From NCBI GenBank assembly GCA_002269645.1, contig NIVC01001438.1:120327-184326 (forward strand): a stretch of 64,000 nt of DNA, read 5' to 3'. The first letter of the stretch is position 1, and each line of letters starts with the position of its first letter. A program made the translations under genes and the position numbers. Positions 34,427 through 47,496 of the stretch are shown one piece after another. The DNA is from Macrostomum lignano (lineage: Eukaryota). The notes below the pieces were generated by a model that was not told where the DNA came from, made no database searches, and was given only the letters and a program-made list of their open reading frames with translations.

Positions 34427-35673
34427 CTACTGCTGCGGCTGCTGCTGCTGCTTCATCAGCGGACAGTCGGCCACCAAGTGGCCCATGGAGCGGCACTGAT
34501 AGCAGGACTTCGGCAGCGGGCCCGAAGGACAATCCGCCGCCATGTGATCCGAGAACTGGCCGCAGTTGTAGCACCTGGGAGACATGATGTTTGTAAATAT
34601 TGCATTACACTTTGTTGACAAAAGCGTCACAAATCGTCAATCGTCAAATTGCAGTGGACTGTTGCTTCGATTTGCGGGCAGTGCACGAAGCCCCACTGCT
34701 TACTAAATTTAGTCCCTTTGAATTATTTTAATATAAGAAGTCTCCTTACGAAAGTTTATTTCGATACATATCGGCAAAATGTGTAATTCGCTCTCAATAA
34801 AGCTCACCGCATTCGCCGCTTCTTGCGCCCAGCCGGGCGTCGCTGGCTGCCAACACAGTCGACACCGTTAGGCCCGCAGACGAGCGTTGCTTCTTCGCCT
34901 TTATACGTCGTCCTGGACTCGAATTCCACCCGTTCGCCATCGCCAAGGCTACGAAATCCCGGCATCTGCAGGACTGACTGGAATTTATCAATGCAGACAC
35001 TTGCACACAGTCATAAGTACCTGTTAATCCTGATCTCGTACAATGGGAATCGTAGCAAAGTGGATATCGCATCGTCCTTATTGTCCAGGAGGACCCGCGT
35101 TCGATTCCCGGCTTGACCAAAGAAAGTTTGGCTGGCAAATTCCAAAGCCCTGCCCATTTGCTTTGGTTCACTCTCCTACAATAGCCGCAGAATAAAATTG
35201 GTACATCTGACGACACCATCTTACCTGGTGCACAAAGACTTCCGGTCCGCCATCGTCCGGCGTGATGAAACCGAAGCCCTTGATGACGTTGAACCACTTC
35301 ACCCGGCCGAGTCGGCGGTCCACGCAGCTGCTGGACGGCCCGGGAGCGTTCGAACCGCACGGATGCTGCCCTGAAATTACGCATGGTTTCACAGTCTTAG
35401 TCACATATTCATTGTGGGATCACTAATAAGAAATTATTGACACAACATATCGGCATATTCCTGATTGCACCCTCTGGACAGCGATAACTGTCAGGACTGG
35501 GGAGAGTGTTTGATTTCCTTGCCATGTGGTGTCAAATAATAAGATTTCATTGAGCCACAATTATAGATTAGGTAGCAATACCTGCTTGCCATATCACATA
35601 CTTGACTCAAAGAGATTCACTCTAGCAAAGTGAGATTCACAGAGCGGATTCGGCACTCACCGCCAGAGGTCAT
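34427..35673 (-). CDS. LIN28: Lin28 (cold-shock domain plus two CCHC knuckles), 4 exons
   Basis: Exons 35673-35661, 35370-35225, 34977-34808, 34574-34427; GT-AG with phases 1, 0, 2. [58 protein letters not shown]...[14 protein letters not shown]. Exon 1 is less certain. Confidence 0.92.
35045..35119 (+). pseudogene. tRNA-like element (SINE head or pseudo-tRNA) antisense in Lin28 intron 2
   Basis: A box TAGCAAAGTGG, B box GTTCGATTCCC, ends in CCA; acceptor stem pairs poorly. Confidence 0.5.
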
Positions 35674-36904
35674 GGACGCCTTGCCGCCTCGCAGCTGACA
35701 ATCCAAAACTGCCAACACCTGTGAGCTCGATGAAATACCGCTAAGCAGCTGCTCAACTGAGACCACGGCCGAATGCTCTGAATGCTTCCTCCAACAGAAA
35801 TTTAGCGCAGTCAGGGTGACAACCTTTTTTGGAAGCGTGCCAAAAAATGCTAATTCAACTATAAAAGGCGCACAAGGTAAACACGCTCGGTCCAACCGCG
35901 GTCGGCGGCTCTCCTTTATTTGTCAGCCGCTCGCCGTTCTGAATTGGTGGCGCCTGCCGCTCTCCAACCAGCGTTCGACCCAATCGGGGGCTCCAGAGCC
36001 CTGCGACTCCAACCGCTGCCCCTCTGCGCCACACCTGGATCTTCTGGTCGACCACCGACATTGCCGACCGAACAACACCGAGTGTAAAGTCGACTATCTT
36101 GTGGCATCATAATATCTGTGTTTTGACATCACAATACTATCAAGTCAGTTGCTATCAATCTGAAATCTACTTCGGGTTCATTCCGGCTCCCCCTAATCCC
36201 CGAGAGCCGATTTCCTAGACTGTGCGCATCAATTTTTGGCATGCTGCCAGTTTTTACTGAGCAAACTCAAAGCGAATGAGCAGCTTTGCTTGCATTCTGA
36301 CAATGACAAGCCTCAGCCTCCTGTTGCGCCTCTTCATCTGCTAAATAACCTGACTAGAGTCGATTGTCTTATTCATAACTACTCAACAGTCAGTGTCGCA
36401 TCTCATCTGAGCGAGAGAGCGTCGAGAGTTGCGCTGCGCAAAAATTGCCGAAATTGGAATTGTGCCAAAAATGTAGCTCTCTGACGAGGGAAAATCCGCA
36501 TGGGGGTGGGGGAGCCGGGGATTACTGAAGAGAGAGTCTGGAGCGTCAGGACCCCCCAACCTGACGAAAATTTGGCCAGAAATAGGCGCATGCTTCACAA
36601 TTCTTTCAACTGCCGGGCATCTGATTAGTTAAAGTAAGGATGACTCAGTTTTGAAGTTGCAATAAAGTAGAGATCAGAAAATTTGACAGTCTTCAACTTT
36701 TCGAGAAAGCCTAACCGAATCGGTGTCAAGTTCAGAAAAGACTTATTTCTTTGCCAATCAAGCCATTGGCAGATTTTGAAAGGCAACGTTTACACACTTA
36801 TCGAGGGATAGTGTCATTTGACTGTCACATTTTAGATTAGGGTGAGAGTAAGGGATCAGGTTGGAGTAAGGTTTCGGTTTGGCTATCAAATCTCCCTTTG
36901 AGAT

Positions 36905-37893
36905 GTCAAATCTCACTGACAGTGAAATCTCATTAGCAGTCAAATCTCACTGGCAGTCAAATCTCACTGGCAGTCAAATCTCACTGGCAGTCAAATCTCA
37001 CTGGCAGTCAAATCTCACTGGCAGTCAAATCTCACTGGCAGTCTCCAATCTCTTTAGCAGTCAAATCTCACTGGCAGTCAAATCTCACTGGCAGTCAAAT
37101 TTCTTTAGCAGTCAAATCTCACTGGCAGTCAAATCTCACTGGCAGTCAAATCTCACTGGCAGTCTCCAATCTCTTTAGCAGTCAAATCTCACTGGCAGTC
37201 AAATCTCACTGGCAGTCTCCAATCTCATTAGCAGTCCAATCTCACTGGCAGTCCAATCTCACTGGAAGTCCAATCTCACTGGCAGTCCAATCTCACTGGC
37301 AGTCAAATCTCTTTAGCAGTCAAATCTCACTGGCAGTCAAATCTCTTTAGCAGTCAAATCTCACTGGCAGTCAAATCTCTTTAGCAGTCAAATCTCACTG
37401 GCAGTAAAATCTCACTGGCAGTCTCCAATCTCATTAGCAGTCCAATCTCACTGGCAGTCCAATCTCACTGGAAGTCCAATCTCACTGGCAGTCCAATCTC
37501 ACTGGCAGTCAAATCTCTTTAGCAGTCAAATCTCACTGGCAGTCAAATCTCTTTAGCAGTCAAATCTCACTGGCAGTCAAATCTCTTTAGCAGTCAAATC
37601 TCACTGGCAGTAAAATCTCACTGGCAGTCTCCAATCTCATTAGCAGTCCAATCTCACTGGCAGTCCAATCTCACTGGAAGTCAAATCTCACTGGCAGTCA
37701 AATCTCACTGGAAGTCAAATCACACTGGCAGTCCAGCTGTCCAATCTCACTGGCAGTCCAATCTCACTGGTAGTCAAATCTCACTGGCAGTCCAATCTCA
37801 CTGGCAGTCCAATCTCACTGGCAGTCCAATCTCACTGGTAGTCAAATCTCACTGGCAGTCAAATCTCACTGGTAGTCAAATCTCACTGGCAGT
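36905..37893. repeat. 17-bp minisatellite
   Basis: Unit AAATCTCACTGGCAGTC. Confidence 0.95.
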
Positions 37894-38739
37894 TAGATTG
37901 CTGCAGTTAATTATGGTGGACTGACTTATCGAAATTTACCAAAAACATGCTCGTAAATGAATAAATTCTAAAATTGCAATTAACTTGTTGTTAAGCATAT
38001 AATGGGTAAATTTCATTGGCTCAGTTTCCCAACCAGATGCTTGGATTGAGGCTTCCGCGAGTTGGGACAAGCATTGTAGGCCAGGGGGTCGTCCTTTCGT
38101 GGGGGGGGGGGGGGAGCGTGCAAAGCGATAACGGGCGTGCACGCTATGAAGTAGTGTTATGGCATGAGTCACCCGGCGGCCTCCCCCTCCTCCTCTCGCC
38201 TCCCCTCTCCCCTCCTCTGCTGCATGACACACCCCCTAGGCCTTCCATTTCCTAAGTCGAGGCTGGCAAGTACGCCCATACATTTGCTGCGGTACACTAA
38301 TAGGCAATAGCCATGATTTCGACCTTAAAAGTGGGGCTGAGGGGAGGAGAGAATTTCCGAGATTTCCGTGAATGAATACAAGAGATGTGCTAGTAGGGGG
38401 GTTTCCCACTTTTCTTGGTCCCTCTTTCACCGCGGTGCGTGGGCGGAAGACAAACTTCTTTTCGTTTTACGCCTGGCATTGAGCCAAATTGATCCGAAAA
38501 AATTACTAGCTTAGCTAAGTTTGAGCTAGTTTCGCTCGATTTAACAAAAAAATGGCCTGTTGGATGATACAGCATCTGTCTCCGGTGGACGCCTCCAAAG
38601 CAAATTTTCATTACTGTGGACTCGTAGTGGAGTTGCAGATACAAATTTTGGCTTCAAATATCGTTATTTGTTTCTTTTTTCCAACTTTTTTATAAGGTCA
38701 TGTCATAAACTTCGAAATTTACAATCCTTTCACATTACC

Positions 38740-39410
38740 CAAGCTTCACATTCCCCAAGCTTCACAATCCCCAAGCTTCACATTCCCCAAGCTTCACAAT
38801 CCCCAAGCTTCACATTCCCCAAGCTTCACAATCCCCAAGCTTCACATTCCCCAAGCTTCACAATCCCCAAGCTTCACAATGCCCAAGCTTCACAATCCCC
38901 AAGCTTCACATTCCCCAAGCTTCACAATGCCCAAGCTTCACAATCCCCAAGCTTCACAATCCCCAAGCTTCACAATGCCCAAGCTTCACAATGCCCAAGC
39001 TTCACAATCCCCAAGCTTCACATTCCCCAAGCTTCACAATCCCCAAGCTTCACATTCCCCAAGCTTCACAATCCCCAAGCTTCACAATGCCCAAGCTTCA
39101 CAATCCCCAAGCTTCACATTCCCCAAGCTTCACAATCCCCAAGCTTCACAATGCCCAAGCTTCACAATCCCCAAGCTTCACAATGCCCAAGCTTCACAAT
39201 CCCCAAGCTTCACAATCCCCAAGCTTCACAATCTTCAAGCTGCACAATCCTCAAGTTTCACAATCCTCAAGCTTCACAATCCTCAAGTTTCACAATCCTC
39301 AAGCTTCACAATCCTCAAGTTTCACAATCCTCAAGCTTCACAATCCTCAAGTTTCACAATCCTCAAGCTTCACAATCCCCAAGCTTCACAATGCCCAAGC
39401 TTCACAATCC
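38740..39410. repeat. 16-bp minisatellite
   Basis: Unit CCAAGCTTCACAATCC. Confidence 0.95.
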
Positions 39411-40696
39411 CCAGTGGTTTTGATACGATCTTAAAAAGCTGTTTTGTTACTCGCAAATAAGCCTGTTTGATACGTTAGACTACTGTTAGTAGGTAAAATG
39501 CATGTTTAGTAAGATCCTTTACATTAATATTTGATGTCCTCCTAAAAGACAATTCGCTTATGAAATAACCGGTAAGTCTTACAAAATCGATTCGTAAATA
39601 GTAGAATCGGAAAACGAACTTCTTTGTTTTGTTTTGAGTTCTTAAATTTTGAAAAACTATTCAATTATAACCTTCTTACGAAAACGAAATTTCTATTCAG
39701 AAATTCGTTGGTCTAGTTTTAGTACGAGCTAAACCTGCCCAGTAACTTCTCTCATGCCTTAATCTAATGAGTAAGGAAAATAACGGTATGCTGGAAACAG
39801 CAGACCACCGGCATTCCAGTGATTGTCGGAAAGCCAGTTTTTGAAAGGGACGAGGTCGCCCCAGGGTGTCGGCCTACTCTCGCCGAATGCCCGTCGGTGT
39901 TTGCGATCTTCCCTGCTGTGACACGATCTGTGCTGTGAATAATATTCGCGTCAGTCGTGTATTTGTTTTAAGAATCAAACAAAATATACGTATAATTTAA
40001 AGCCTTGAAGTTCTTTGCAAATGCTTAACTCCTAACTGATGGATCAATTTCATCGATTAAAGTGCAGTCTGTACTACTCATGTAACGTATATTTTAAAAA
40101 CGTGCTTGAACTTCTAAAAGCAATATATATTAATTATTGGAAATAAGCGAAAATAAGAGATTTGTATGTCAACACGTGTATAGCCAGCACTGCTTCTAGG
40201 GCCAGTTCTAAACTGGTGGAAAGAAAAATATATGGGCGAGCAAAGAGATATATTGGATGGGAAAACTTGTGAATTTCGAGAAACAGACAGACAGAAACTA
40301 AGACAGACAGACACACAGACAGACAGACAGACAGGTATGTACATGAACTAGCCAAACAGATCATTTGGAGCATAATAGAAAGACACAGACAGTTCAAACG
40401 CAGGCAAGGTGGAGCAATGGAGGCAAAAATTGTGTACATACGCTCGTATAGTAAAATATACTCAAAATGACAACAGGTCAGCAAAGTGGAATATACTGTA
40501 GTTGCCTGGTAAAGTCACGCATCAACGGCGCCAAGTGTTTTTGTTAACACGCGAAATCTGCGGCTAGAAACGAACCAAACAGGCTCGAACAGTCTTCAAC
40601 AGTAGAGTAGTGGTAGAGCAGTGGAAAGAAAGAACGCATTTTGTGGTTCAACGCGGCCAAAGGCTGTGTGTGGAACGGGTGGGGGGACTGCCAGTT

Positions 40697-43386
40697 TCAC
40701 TCCAGGGAGCCCGCGCTGGCCTGCAGCTCCTGCCGTTTTGACGCCAGCAGCAGTGGAGGCGGGCGCGGCGCCGTCGGGTTCACCGGCACGGGAATCCGCG
40801 ACGCACCACCGAAGCTGGCCGCCGACAACGACGTCGGCTGCAGCGACGCGCGTCGCCCGCCGCGGCTGGGCAAAGGCGACTGCGTTGTCTGGGTCTTCCT
40901 CTTCGACGGAGGCGTCGGCGAAGGAGTCGGCTGCTGCGTCCGGCTGAGCGGCCGAAGGTCTCGAAGGTCGGCGAGGCCCTGTCGCTCGACGCCGCCTCGC
41001 GCCGACTTTTTCTGCCCCTCCGCCGTCGCCACCGCCGCAGCCGCAGCTGCGGCCGCGCTCGCCACCTCCGTCATTGACAAAGTTGGCGCGCTCATCTTCC
41101 TCCGCTGCTGCTGCCGCTGACGGTCGCCGTCTGGACGGTCGATAGCAGCGGCGGTCGCGGCAGAGTATCTCGAGTCATTGTCGTCCTTGGCGCCGGTGGT
41201 CGCTGCCGGTGATTGGGTGAGGAGCCGCCTGCGGCGCTCGCGCTCCTCCCGGTGGCCGACTGGCACCCCGGAGCGAAGGCAGCCCGCGGCGGCGTCAGAG
41301 GAAGTCGAGGAGGTCGCAGCGGCCGCCTCCCTCCGGCAGGGGTCGTGCTTGAGCAGCAGGTGCTCCAGCGAGTCCCAGCCGCCGCCTACACGGACCATCA
41401 CGTGATTGCGCAACACCTGAGAGCGTGAATTAGGTTGGGAGTTGCAGTTAGAGGAGATCGCCTACTGAAGAGTAGTAAGGAAAGAATGTAGAGCGAATCT
41501 CTTATAGTGAACTGATCTTTACTGATTTAGATAGAAGTTCGAACGTGTGCGTCCCCAGGTGAGGTCCTTTCAATAATTGTAGTGCATCCAAGTAGCCCAG
41601 TCAGTCAAAGTATCGAAGGGTTTTTGAGTTTGACAAACGAAACCGGCCCTAAAACAAACGTTTCCGCTCTTTGAAAAAGAGGCAAAGCATTTACCCGAAC
41701 AAAGATGAGCATCTGCGAGTCGCCGAACAGGTACTTGCCCTCGTCCAGCCGTTTCATGGGGAACTTTTCCTCGCAGCCGCACTCGCTGACCAGCTCGCGA
41801 ACCTGCGGAGGAGGATGGCGATTCCACAAGAACATTGGCTACGCTGCTTTAACAAGGACGCTGTATAGGTTTCACCTTGGGGTACGTCAGTTACAACCGA
41901 TACAGCCTGCCTAGTCTAACTGTAATCCAACCAAAGTTGTAAAACTGCTGCTTCCAGAGTCAAATTTTAGAAAGTTCAACAAGGGAAATTCGGCATTAGT
42001 ATTAGTATATGTAAGCATCATCTGCTGACTGCATGCTGAATTTTAAGCGTCAGTCTGAATTCAGTCCGGAAGTGCAGGGCAATTTAAAAATATTGCGTAT
42101 AAATTCGACTGCAGAATATTGACGATTTGATCAATTGGATCATCGGACTTTGAATAGTTATCCTGGGAAATAAAATTGATGGATTGCTAGTCTAGCCAAC
42201 ATCACGGATGCAGGAATGGAATGGATTGCTAATCTAGCCAACATCACGGATGCAGGAATGGAATGGATTGCTAATCTAGCCAACATCACGGATGCAGGAA
42301 TGGAATGGATTGCTAATCTAGCCAACATCACGGATGCAGGAAGGGAATGGATTTCTAATATAGCCAACATCAAGGATGTAGGGATGGATTGCTAATCTTG
42401 CCAACATCACGGATGCAGGAATCAAATGGATTGCTAATCTAGCCAACATCACGGATGCAGGAATGGAATGGATCGCTAATCTAGCCTACTAAGAAGCGCC
42501 TGTCTATGCTCAGAAAGAGTCATAAATCATCCATGAGCCTCCCCAACCCAGGCAGAATCCCCGAAGCCGGTCTCACCAGCTCGTCCAGCGATTTCAGGTC
42601 GCACTGCCATCTTCTGTTACGTCGTTTTTGAAGCTCCGTGACCGGCGCCGCTTCCGACGGAGTTGCATCAGCGGCTGGCGGCTGCTCAGTCGGACCGTCC
42701 TCGACAGACGCCGGCGACCGCGGCTCCTCGGACTGCTCCGGCACCGACTGCAGGGAGTTGCTGGCCGGGGAGACCAAGCCGGAGTCTGAGCAGGTCGGGC
42801 TGCTCTTCATCAGCTCGGCCTCGATCTCTTGCTCGAAGTGCACCAGCTCGGGCACCTCCAGGCCGAACCGAGCCCCGGCCCTGGCCAGCTCCAGCAGGCA
42901 CAGCACCACACTGCGCGGGTTCTTCCTGCCAACCAGGTCCTCGGTCTCGAACAGGACGCAGTTGTGCAGGCCGAGCGCGCGGCACCAGCTGATGAAGCAG
43001 GCGATGCTGTCGCGAGCCATGAAGCTGCCGGGCGGGGCGCGCGGCCGAACCGGTGGCGCCGCGTGCGGCAGGCGGAGAGGCGGCGCCCCGGCGCGCAGCG
43101 GTCGGAGCAGGGTTGACGCGGCGGCAGCGCCAGAGCTGAGCTGGTCAGCGGCGGCTGCCTGCACCATGGCGGCGTGGCGGCACAGCAGCGCGCCGGAGTC
43201 TAGGCCGGCCAGGAAGCCCTCCTGGTCGTCGCCGGGGAGGTCGCAGTCGTGCAGGCAGGAGAGCCAGTCGGCCAAGTCGGCGATCATCGCCTGTAGGAAG
43301 GCCTCGCCGCTGCTGAAGCCGCGCACACTTGACTGCTGCGGCGGCGGCGGCTGTTGTGGCAGCGGCTCCGTCGAGTTGGCCGTCAT
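40697..43386 (-). CDS. GAS2L: GAS2-like protein (calponin-homology plus GAR domain), 3 exons
   Basis: Exons 43386-42577, 41802-41695, 41416-40697 (phase 0, GT-AG). CH domain DLADWL...LDSGALLC...[14 protein letters not shown]...[24 protein letters not shown]; GAR domain C.C..KFPM..L.EGKY.FGD...[30 protein letters not shown]. Confidence 0.9.
42175..42485. repeat. 42-bp tandem repeat in GAS2-like intron 1
   Basis: Unit GGATTGCTAATCTAGCCAACATCACGGATGCAGGAATGGAAT. Confidence 0.9.
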
Positions 43387-43700
43387 GGATGGCGCTGTTG
43401 GGATTCAGCCTGGGGGAAACGTCAATGAAATACTTTAGAGACAGGATTTATTGAGTTCAGTTCCGCGAAGTTTAGTGATCTGCGAACAGATTTCTGACAC
43501 CCTGAAGGGCGAAGGACAATCGCTCTTTCAGGGTGCTCTCTAAGACCACTCAGAAAAAACACTACTCGTACGACTACTTGCAGGCGGGCTGCGGGCACCC
43601 TGGCGCAACGCCTTCGGCGACATGGTCCAACAACCAGCTCTGACGGCAATCCGCCCATTCCGCTGACTCCTGAGCACATGCAAGCGCGCCAATACTGTAC

Positions 43701-43820
43701 GCAGGCACGCACTCATACACACGCTCACACAGGGTGTACATCGGCCCTTGGACTTTCTAATCGTCAGCCATGTACACTCTCTGTGCCTTGGGGGTTGGCC
43801 CTCATGGCTGTGAATGGTGC
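43701..43820 (-). mobile_element. 3' half of a tRNA-derived SINE
   Basis: GCAGGCACGCACTCATACACACGCTCACACAGGGTGTACA...CTGTGCCTTGGGGGTTGGCCCTCATGGCTG, colinear with 27313-27432. Confidence 0.65.
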
Positions 43821-43989
43821 AACCCCCCCCCCGGCCGGCCAATTTTCGTGCACTCCAGCCCCAAATGAATCAAATCAGTTTGCGCGCGGAATCGAACCAG
43901 GGGTCGTGGCGCGAGAGTCAAAGACCACTCAGTCACTTCATACTGTAAATCACTCAACCAGTTTGTCACCTCAGTCATCCTTAACGGCG

Positions 43990-44325
43990 CATTCAGTCAC
44001 TCTGCAGACATTCAGTCACTCTGCAGACATTCATTCACTCTGCAGACATTCAGTCACTCTGCAGACATTCAGTCACTTTGCAGACATTCAGTCACTCTGC
44101 AGACATTCAGTCACTTTGCAGACATCAGTCACTCTGCAGACATTCGGTCACTCTGCAGACATTCAGTCACTCTGCAGACATAAGTCACTCTGCAGACATC
44201 AGTCACTCTGCAGACATTCAGTCACTCTGCAGACATAAGTCACTCTGCAGACATCAGTCACTCTGCAGACATTCAGTCACTCTACATGCATCAGTCACTC
44301 TGCAGACATTCAGTCACTCTACATC
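43990..44325. repeat. 19-bp minisatellite
   Basis: Unit CAGTCACTCTGCAGACATT. Confidence 0.9.
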
Positions 44326-45489
44326 ACAGTATGCTGTTTCACAGTCTGTTTCACTGATTGAAAACGAGATAACGCCCTAAAATCTAATGCGAATGACTCA
44401 GCGCACCTAAAGGAGTGAAGCATCGCCCTATTTTTGAGCAGTGCCTGAGCACGCAGATGCAGAGCTTGCAAGTTGCACTTCAATACTATGGCTATTTAAC
44501 TATTAATGAGTTAGTAGGTGCGTGACAGAGGCACCGAGAAGCTTGGAAACTGACCTCGCACTCAAGGATGCAGTGGGTGGGGCTGCGTTTGAGTCAAACA
44601 AAAATTCGGCAAACTAACGGTGATGAGTCATTCCACGAAGGTCCTGAGTTCGAATTTTCAGACAAATCGTGCAAAATCTTAACCAGCAAAAAGATTTGCA
44701 CAAGCAGGCAAAGGCAGAAACTTACCAGAGAGCCACAACAGCTTAGCAACTCGCACCCATACAGCAAATCAACCATTTATTGCGCTCGTTCATATTACGG
44801 CAAATTTATTACCTATATAATGAATTCTTAGTCAATACATGCAAATGATGGCCCCGCGCCAGTACCTCATGTGTATGTAACGCTATTGTATATACCTCTT
44901 TATATTCCGCCGAGAGAGGGGGGCGGAGAGTACATGACAGGGAGCGAGAGGAGATGAGGCGGTTGCGTACAGGCGTCAAGTGGAAGAAGGGGCAGGGAAA
45001 GCCAGAGAGGACAGGGGGAGAGAGCCAGTGGGACTGAGCCTGTTACCATACAAGCGTTCGCCCGGATAAAGTTCACATGGTTATCCCAAGGGCTGTGGAG
45101 GCCCTGACAGAGGTGTACACGCTTAGACAGACAGCATGAGGTGGGTCTCTGTGCGCCTCTGCCTTGACCCCCCATAACAGACCAATAACAGCCACCTTCT
45201 ACAAGCCTATTCTAGAGCTACCCCAGAAATCTCCCAGTTGCTGGGCCAGGTGATGAGGCAAATAAGAAGTGGCCTGCACGCAAGAAAATATAGCATTCCT
45301 TGTTGTTAAAGAGAAGCTGACGGGGGGCCTGATGGGGAAGGAGGGAGGACAGGAAGCACGTACATGTACAGTTGAGTCCTCGCCTATAATACTGGTAGTA
45401 TGAGTAGCATATTCCACAGAGACACAGCCAAGATTTAATAAAATGTTATAGCGACTTATTGAATAAAACCAGAGACGAGGAATTTCGGG

Positions 45490-46495
45490 GAAACTAGAAT
45501 CGCTCACTGGAGAATCTCAGGGGTATAGAATCGCTCACTGGAGAATCTCAGGGGAATGGAGAATCTCAGGGGTATAGAATCGCTCACTGGAGAATCTCAG
45601 AGGAAAGGAGAATCTCAGGGGTATAGAATCGCTCACTGGAGAATCTCAGGGGTATAGAATCGCTCACTGGAGAATCTCAGGGATATAGGATCGCTCACTG
45701 GAGAATCTCAGGGGTATAGAATCGCTCACTGGAGAATCTCAGGGGTATAGAATCGCTCACTGGAGAATCTCAGGGATATAGGATCGCTCACTGGAGAATC
45801 TCAGGGGTATAGAATCGCTCACTGGAGAATCTCAGGGGTATAGAATCGCTCACTGGAGAATCTCAGGGGTATAGAATCGCTCACTGGAGAATCTCAGGGG
45901 TATAGAATCGCTCACTGGAGAATCTCAGGGGTATAGAATCGCTCACTGGAGAATCTCAGGGGTATAGAATCGCTCACTGGAGAATCTCAGGGGTATAGAA
46001 TCGCTCACTGGAGAATCTCAGGGGAATGGAGAATCTCAGGGGTATAGAATCGCTCACTGGAGAATCTAAGGGGAATGGAGAATCTCAGGGGTATAGAATC
46101 GCTCACTGGAGAATCTCAGGGGTATAGAATCGCTCACTGGAGAATCTCAGGGGTATAGAATCGCTCACTGGAGAATCTCAGGGGTATAGAATCGCTCACT
46201 GGAGAATCTCAGGGGTATAGAATCGCTCACTGGAGAATCTCAGGGGAATGGAGAATCTCAGGGGTATAGAATCGCTCACTGGAGAATCTCAGGGGAATGG
46301 AGAATCTCAGGGGTATAGAATCGCTCACTGGAGAATCTAAGGTGAATGGAGAATCTCAGGGGAATGGAGAATCTCAGGGGAATGGAGAATCTCAGGGGAA
46401 AGGAGAATCTCAGGGGTATAGAATCGCTCAATAATGGAGAATCTCAGGTGAATGGAGAATCTCAGTGGTATAGAATCGCTCACTGGAGAATCTCA
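45490..46495. repeat. 31-bp minisatellite
   Basis: Unit GGAGAATCTCAGGGGTATAGAATCGCTCACT. Confidence 0.95.
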
Positions 46496-46606
46496 GTCAC
46501 ACCTTGGAAGCATCTGAGAGATGGCAGACCAAATCTACATCAAGTCAATCTGCAAAACAAAACTAAAAAACTCACTTCGCAACAAAGCAAAATTGAAACT
46601 TCGAGT

Positions 46607-46990
46607 TGTTAAGGCCAGAGGAAGCGGTTATAGCTCGCTAAAAAAGCACTGGAGTCCTCGCCGAAGCAGATTGGCGAATAGAAGGCGAAAGAAAAACACA
46701 GTTAGAGAGGAGTTGAGCCCTCTTCTATTTAGCAGACGGCCTCTCCGGCCGGCGCTATGCTATATATAATCTATGCTAAATAGCAAGCAGACCCACGAGG
46801 CCAAGCAAGACTGTCTCTCCTCCTCCAAACACTTAGCCATCCATTGTTTGCCAGAGAGGGCCGGAGGCTTCTTTCCGCTCAACGAGCCAAAGAAGGCAAC
46901 TGCGGGCGCTGCAGAGTCTCAGGCTCTCAGACCGCTCTCCTCCCCCCTGAGCTGCCTGCACTCGAATAAAACACTTACTAAGGTATTACA
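46607..46990 (+). mobile_element. Possible solo LTR
   Basis: TGT...ACA ends, TATATATAA near 46761, AATAAA ~20 nt before the end; no TSD found. Confidence 0.35.
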
Positions 46991-47496
46991 ATTGTTTTGT
47001 TCGACTTCAAGCTGTTTTTCCTGAACTGCTTTAGAAATGAGCAGTATGTATTATTATATACCTTAATACAAACCTCAATCCTGACTTTGCGATTCTCACG
47101 GTCGTACAGCGACTTCGGCACTGCATTTTTGTTACGCTTGAGTTCATAAATTTATGCTCGTAGTTGTAATTTTAGTTTTTTTTGCTGTCACTTTGTTGCT
47201 TTCGGTTTAGCGTTGTAATAATTACAATTATGGTTAGTTTGCGCTAGCAGGTGAATTTCACATATGCATGCATATAGTCTCTCCTGCAATATGGAATGAG
47301 GAATTGAAGATTAGGAATCCCAACTACGAGCGTAGGGAAGGAATTGGGCCGAAAGTCAGGGCCGTTGTACACCCTGTGTGAGCGAATATTCATGCATTGA
47401 TTGAAGTAGACAATTGTAGTAGGAAAATTGGCTCTAATGCAAGAATGATAAGCATATTTTCATCGGAGAGAGAAATGTTTCGTCGAAGACGCAATT

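Noticed and set aside
35860-35870. TATAAAAG on the + strand upstream of Lin28
   Set aside because: Wrong orientation for Lin28, and no downstream + strand gene was found.
44900-45180. Segment sharing short words (CCCAAGG, GTGTACAC) with the SINE body; similar words at 56820-56940
   Set aside because: Matches are too short to claim homology without an alignment.
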